This document shows positions 60,758-64,000 of a stretch of 64,000 bases of DNA, in pieces. The translations under genes and the position numbers were made by a program. This DNA is from an uncultured Spirochaetota bacterium (GTDB lineage: Bacteria > Spirochaetota > Spirochaetia > SZUA-6 > Fen-1364): the NCBI GenBank assembly GCA_963734545.1, contig CAVTHO010000008.1, positions 704,001 through 768,000 of the forward strand, written 5' to 3'. Each line of letters opens with the position of its first letter. The first letter of the stretch is position 1. The notes beneath the pieces were generated by a model. That model ran no database searches, was not told the DNA's origin, and was given only the letters and a program-made list of their open reading frames with translations.

Positions 60758-61904
60758 ACTTCGCGAGCTTCTTCTCGTCCACCTCGAAGCCTATGCCGCT
60801 GCCTCGCACGATCTCCGCCTTTCCGCCGGGGCCGAACCCGAAGCTCCGTGTCGTGACGTTCCCTGCCAGGAGCACATCGTCGTACCCCCCCTCCAGGTAG
60901 ACGGCGCGGGGAAGAAGGGATGCTGTCATCCGTCCGAGGGCGGACAGGATACCCGTCTCCCCCACCATGCAGCCAAGCTGATAGGCGAGGCCGCTCGACT
61001 CCGCTTCCCGCGCAAGGGACAGGACCCGGTGCAGGCCCCCATTCTTCGAGAGCCGCAGATTGAGCATCCGGCAGAGCCCGGAGGCGGCGATGGCGCGCAC
61101 GTCGGCCGCATCCAGGATTCCCTCGTCCGCCATGAGCACGAACCCGCGCCGGGTCATGCGCGCCGATGCCGCGGCGTTCTCCCCCGACGAGGCGGGAAAC
61201 GGCTGCTCGATGATGCGCACGCCGTGACGGCCGCAGATCTCCATCTGCGCGTCGACATCATCCGCTGCCCAGGCGCCATTGGCGTCCACACGCAGGTCGC
61301 ACGCATTACCCAGCGTTTCCCTGCAGAGCGCGAGGATCGCCTCCGTGTACGTCCTGTCCTCGCGTACCTTCACCTTGAGGTTCGGGAGGCGCATGCCGGC
61401 GCAGATGTCGAGGTAGGCGCGCGCATGCGCGAGGGGGAGAATGGGAAGGACGCCGCCGTAGATCACGGTTGTCCGGAGGGGCGTCATGCCCAGGAAAGTG
61501 TACGCATCCTCCCCGGCCTCGGAGGCGGCGAGCGCGAGCAGCGCCGTTTCCACCGCGCAGAGCAGGGGGAGCGAGCGTGAGTCGCACGCCAGGCCGTTCA
61601 GCAGGGCCAATGCATCCTGCCAGGAAATTTCTCTCTCCCGCAAAGGCGCCAGAAGAGCGGAGGTGATCCGCACTGCCTCGCGGTGGAAATCCTCCCCGCT
61701 CCCCAGCGAGCCCGAAACGTATTCCCGGACCACGCCTTCCCCGTGGCCGGTCCGTCCCCGGCCTGACAGCCTCAGAACGAGTGAATCCGAGCAGGTTCTG
61801 TCCGCGCGCGCGCCATGAGTGATGCTCAACCGGAATGGTATTTCCAGGAAATGAAGCTCCGCGGCTTCCACTCTCACGACCGGCGCTCCTTTCTTTTCGG
61901 CCAT
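60732..61904 (-). CDS. Enolase superfamily (muconate cycloisomerase/dipeptide epimerase-like) enzyme
   Basis: KxK 'LKVKV', metal ligands 'DAN', 'EQP', 'ADE'; 'NLRLSKNGG'; 'GCMVGET'. Confidence 0.85.
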   Translation of the reverse strand: MAEKKGAPVVRVEAAELHFLEIPFRLSITHGARADRTCSDSLVLRLSGRGRTGHGEGVVREYVSGSLGSGEDFHREAVRITSALLAPLREREISWQDALALLNGLACDSRSLPLLCAVETALLALAASEAGEDAYTFLGMTPLRTTVIYGGVLPILPLAHARAYLDICAGMRLPNLKVKVREDRTYTEAILALCRETLGNACDLRVDANGAWAADDVDAQMEICGRHGVRIIEQPFPASSGENAAASARMTRRGFVLMADEGILDAADVRAIAASGLCRMLNLRLSKNGGLHRVLSLAREAESSGLAYQLGCMVGETGILSALGRMTASLLPRAVYLEGGYDDVLLAGNVTTRSFGFGPGGKAEIVRGSGIGFEVDEKKLAKFSRTRIVL

Positions 61905-62091
61905 GCTAACCGCCTCGACGCCCAAAAACAAGTCGGTTCTCCCGCCAGGCCATCCGGCCGAAAAGTATGTGACTACGATACAATCAACTGAATACAATCG
62001 AAATGCCTGAGTTCTCTATCATTTCCCGCTTTCTATGTTACAATCGTGCGAGGGCCCCGCTGCCCCACACTACAAGCCTGAAGGAATTTGC

Positions 62092-63939
62092 GTGCCGCAG
62101 GAAGGCAATAACGTAAGCTGCCTGAATAGTCGGGCAATCATCGAATACATCCGAAGAAGAAACCCTGAGCGGCTTCCGGATCTCGTTGCCCGCCTGCCGG
62201 CGCCATGGTCAGGCATGACCGGACTGGAAGCCTATCTGTCTGACGAGAACAACTGGATCCCCAGCGGGCTCATCGTGACGCTGTTCGAAAGAGCGCGTGA
62301 GATCACCGGCAATCCCGACGTGGCGTTCGACGTGGGCTACGAGTCCATTGTGAACAGGGAGTTCGGCTACCTGCAAAGGATATTCCTGAAAATCTTCTCC
62401 TCCCACCGCCTGGTCCTGAGGCGGATAAACCAGCTCCAGACGAAGTGGAACCGCACGAAAATCGTGGAAGTCATCTATGAAGGCCCCGGCCGGGCAGTGA
62501 TGCGCTGGCACTGGCGGGAGGGCGTGATCTCCTCGAAGGATATCTGCTCGTACAACAAGGGCATCCACTGCGCGGTCCCGACCCTCTGGGGCCAGCCGCC
62601 GGCCAAGGCGGAGGAAAGCGCGTGCAGGTTCGAGGGACAGGCCTACTGCGAGGTCACATTCACCTGGAGCGTATCCTGGTGGAGGTTCGGAAGCCTCCTG
62701 TCCAGGATACTGACGCGCAAGTCCACTCTCTACAACGCGCTGCAGGAGATCGACAGAGACAAGACACTGCTCAAGCAGAAGTTCGACGAGCTTGCGCAGG
62801 TCAATCTCGAGCTCAGCAAGAAAGTGACCATGCTCAAGGCCATCAACAATGCCACGCGTGCAATCGTATCCGTGCCGGATACCCAGAAGGTGCTGGCGCA
62901 GACCATGACTCCCATCGTCGAGGTCTTCGGGTTCGATCGCGCCCTGATCATGCTGGTGGACGAAAAAGGGGAAAACCTCGAGTACCGCTACGGGGTGGGC
63001 GAATCGCCGATGGCGATGGACAAGTTGAACTCCTACCGCATCCCTCTCACCCGGGAACAGAACCTCATGATCCGCGTGCTGAAAAGGAAGCGGCCCGTGC
63101 TGATCCGGGACGTGAAGTCGTCCGGCTTGAATCCCACCAACAGGATACTTGCCGATTTCCGGCCCAGCTCGTTCATCATCTGTCCCTTGATCGCGGAAAA
63201 CGAGTCGATCGGCATCCTGGGGGCCGACAGGAGGGGGGACGAAAACAGGCTGACCCCGGACGACGCCGAGCTTCTCTCGATCTTCGCGAACAATATCGCC
63301 GTCGCCTTCATGCGGGCCCGGCTGGACGAGGAGGTGAAATCGAGCTACGTGAGCTCTGTGCGCGCCCTGGTAAAGGCCATCGAGGAAAAAGACACGTACA
63401 CGCGCGGCCACTCGGTACGCGTGGCGTGGATGGTGGTCGAGATCGCGAAGGCTCTCGGGCTGCCTGAATCTGAAATCGAGTATCTGAGCTTCGGCAGCAT
63501 CCTGCACGACGTGGGCAAGATCGGAATCCCGGAATCCATCGTGAAGAGCCCCAAGCTGCTGAGTGACGCCGAGTTCAGGATCATCAAGAAGCACCCGCTG
63601 AAAGGCGTGGAGATCCTGCAGCCGATCTCGTTCATCAAGAACCACATGTATCTCATCCGCAACCACCACGAGCGATGGGACGGCAAGGGCTACCCCGACG
63701 GTCTGGCGGGAAATGAGATCCCCCTCGGTGCGCAGATCGTGGCCATCGCGGATGCGTATGACGCCATGACCTCCTCCCGCCCCTACAGAAAGGGGATGCC
63801 CCCGCAGGAAGCAGCCCGCGAAATCCAGAACAACACAGGGACGCAATTCTCCAGCCAGGTTTCAGAGGCATTCCTGAAGGTCTTCGAAGAGGTAGTCCTT
63901 CCTCAGAATCTTAACGATCTCCCCAAAAAGCTTAATTAA
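62092..63939 (+). CDS. V4R-like sensor + GAF + HD-GYP c-di-GMP phosphodiesterase
   Basis: 'KDTYTRGHS', 'LHDVGKIG', 'HHERWDGKGYPDG', 'ADAYDAMTS.RPY'; GAF 'CPLIAENESIGIL..D'; N-terminal 'C...ESACRFEGQAYC'. Confidence 0.85.
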   Translation: MPQEGNNVSCLNSRAIIEYIRRRNPERLPDLVARLPAPWSGMTGLEAYLSDENNWIPSGLIVTLFERAREITGNPDVAFDVGYESIVNREFGYLQRIFLKIFSSHRLVLRRINQLQTKWNRTKIVEVIYEGPGRAVMRWHWREGVISSKDICSYNKGIHCAVPTLWGQPPAKAEESACRFEGQAYCEVTFTWSVSWWRFGSLLSRILTRKSTLYNALQEIDRDKTLLKQKFDELAQVNLELSKKVTMLKAINNATRAIVSVPDTQKVLAQTMTPIVEVFGFDRALIMLVDEKGENLEYRYGVGESPMAMDKLNSYRIPLTREQNLMIRVLKRKRPVLIRDVKSSGLNPTNRILADFRPSSFIICPLIAENESIGILGADRRGDENRLTPDDAELLSIFANNIAVAFMRARLDEEVKSSYVSSVRALVKAIEEKDTYTRGHSVRVAWMVVEIAKALGLPESEIEYLSFGSILHDVGKIGIPESIVKSPKLLSDAEFRIIKKHPLKGVEILQPISFIKNHMYLIRNHHERWDGKGYPDGLAGNEIPLGAQIVAIADAYDAMTSSRPYRKGMPPQEAAREIQNNTGTQFSSQVSEAFLKVFEEVVLPQNLNDLPKKLN

Positions 63940-64000
63940 TAAAATATAGCTTGCATCTCCATTCCATGTGTGATCGAATTCGCCTCAAAACAGGAAGAAC

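Overview
GC-rich bacterial chromosome segment, very likely from a free-living spirochaete: it carries a FlcA-like periplasmic flagellar collar gene and several spirochaete-type hypothetical genes. It is mostly housekeeping: class II ribonucleotide reductase nrdJ, ilvE, ssb, osmC, a D,D-carboxypeptidase, trxA, 2-oxoacid dehydrogenase E2 plus fused E1, a two-component pair, guaB, xth, fabI, azlCD, PhoH2, galU, aroK, hisA, HU, nth, CarD, FprA, OppA, rhomboid and rlmE. About 17 genes, including guaB and fabI, are broken by small indels that look like long-read or consensus errors rather than real pseudogenisation. I recognised no rRNA, tRNA, CRISPR array, transposase or prophage. The most notable observations are: (1) a 200-aa intein at the catalytic Cys of NrdJ with an internally deleted LAGLIDADG endonuclease; (2) a dispersed REP-like hairpin family (CCGCGG-TACN-CCGCGG) with compensatory changes and apparent in-frame entry into coding sequence; (3) a second dispersed 39-nt-core structured repeat; (4) widespread leaderless promoter architecture; (5) a signal-peptide-bearing isoaspartyl methyltransferase coupled to a membrane spermidine-synthase-fold protein; (6) a V4R-GAF-HD-GYP sensor divergent from an atypical enolase-superfamily enzyme; (7) a strongly promoted porin-like gene with an upstream TCATGA array. 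All family assignments come from motif recognition by eye, not from database searches.
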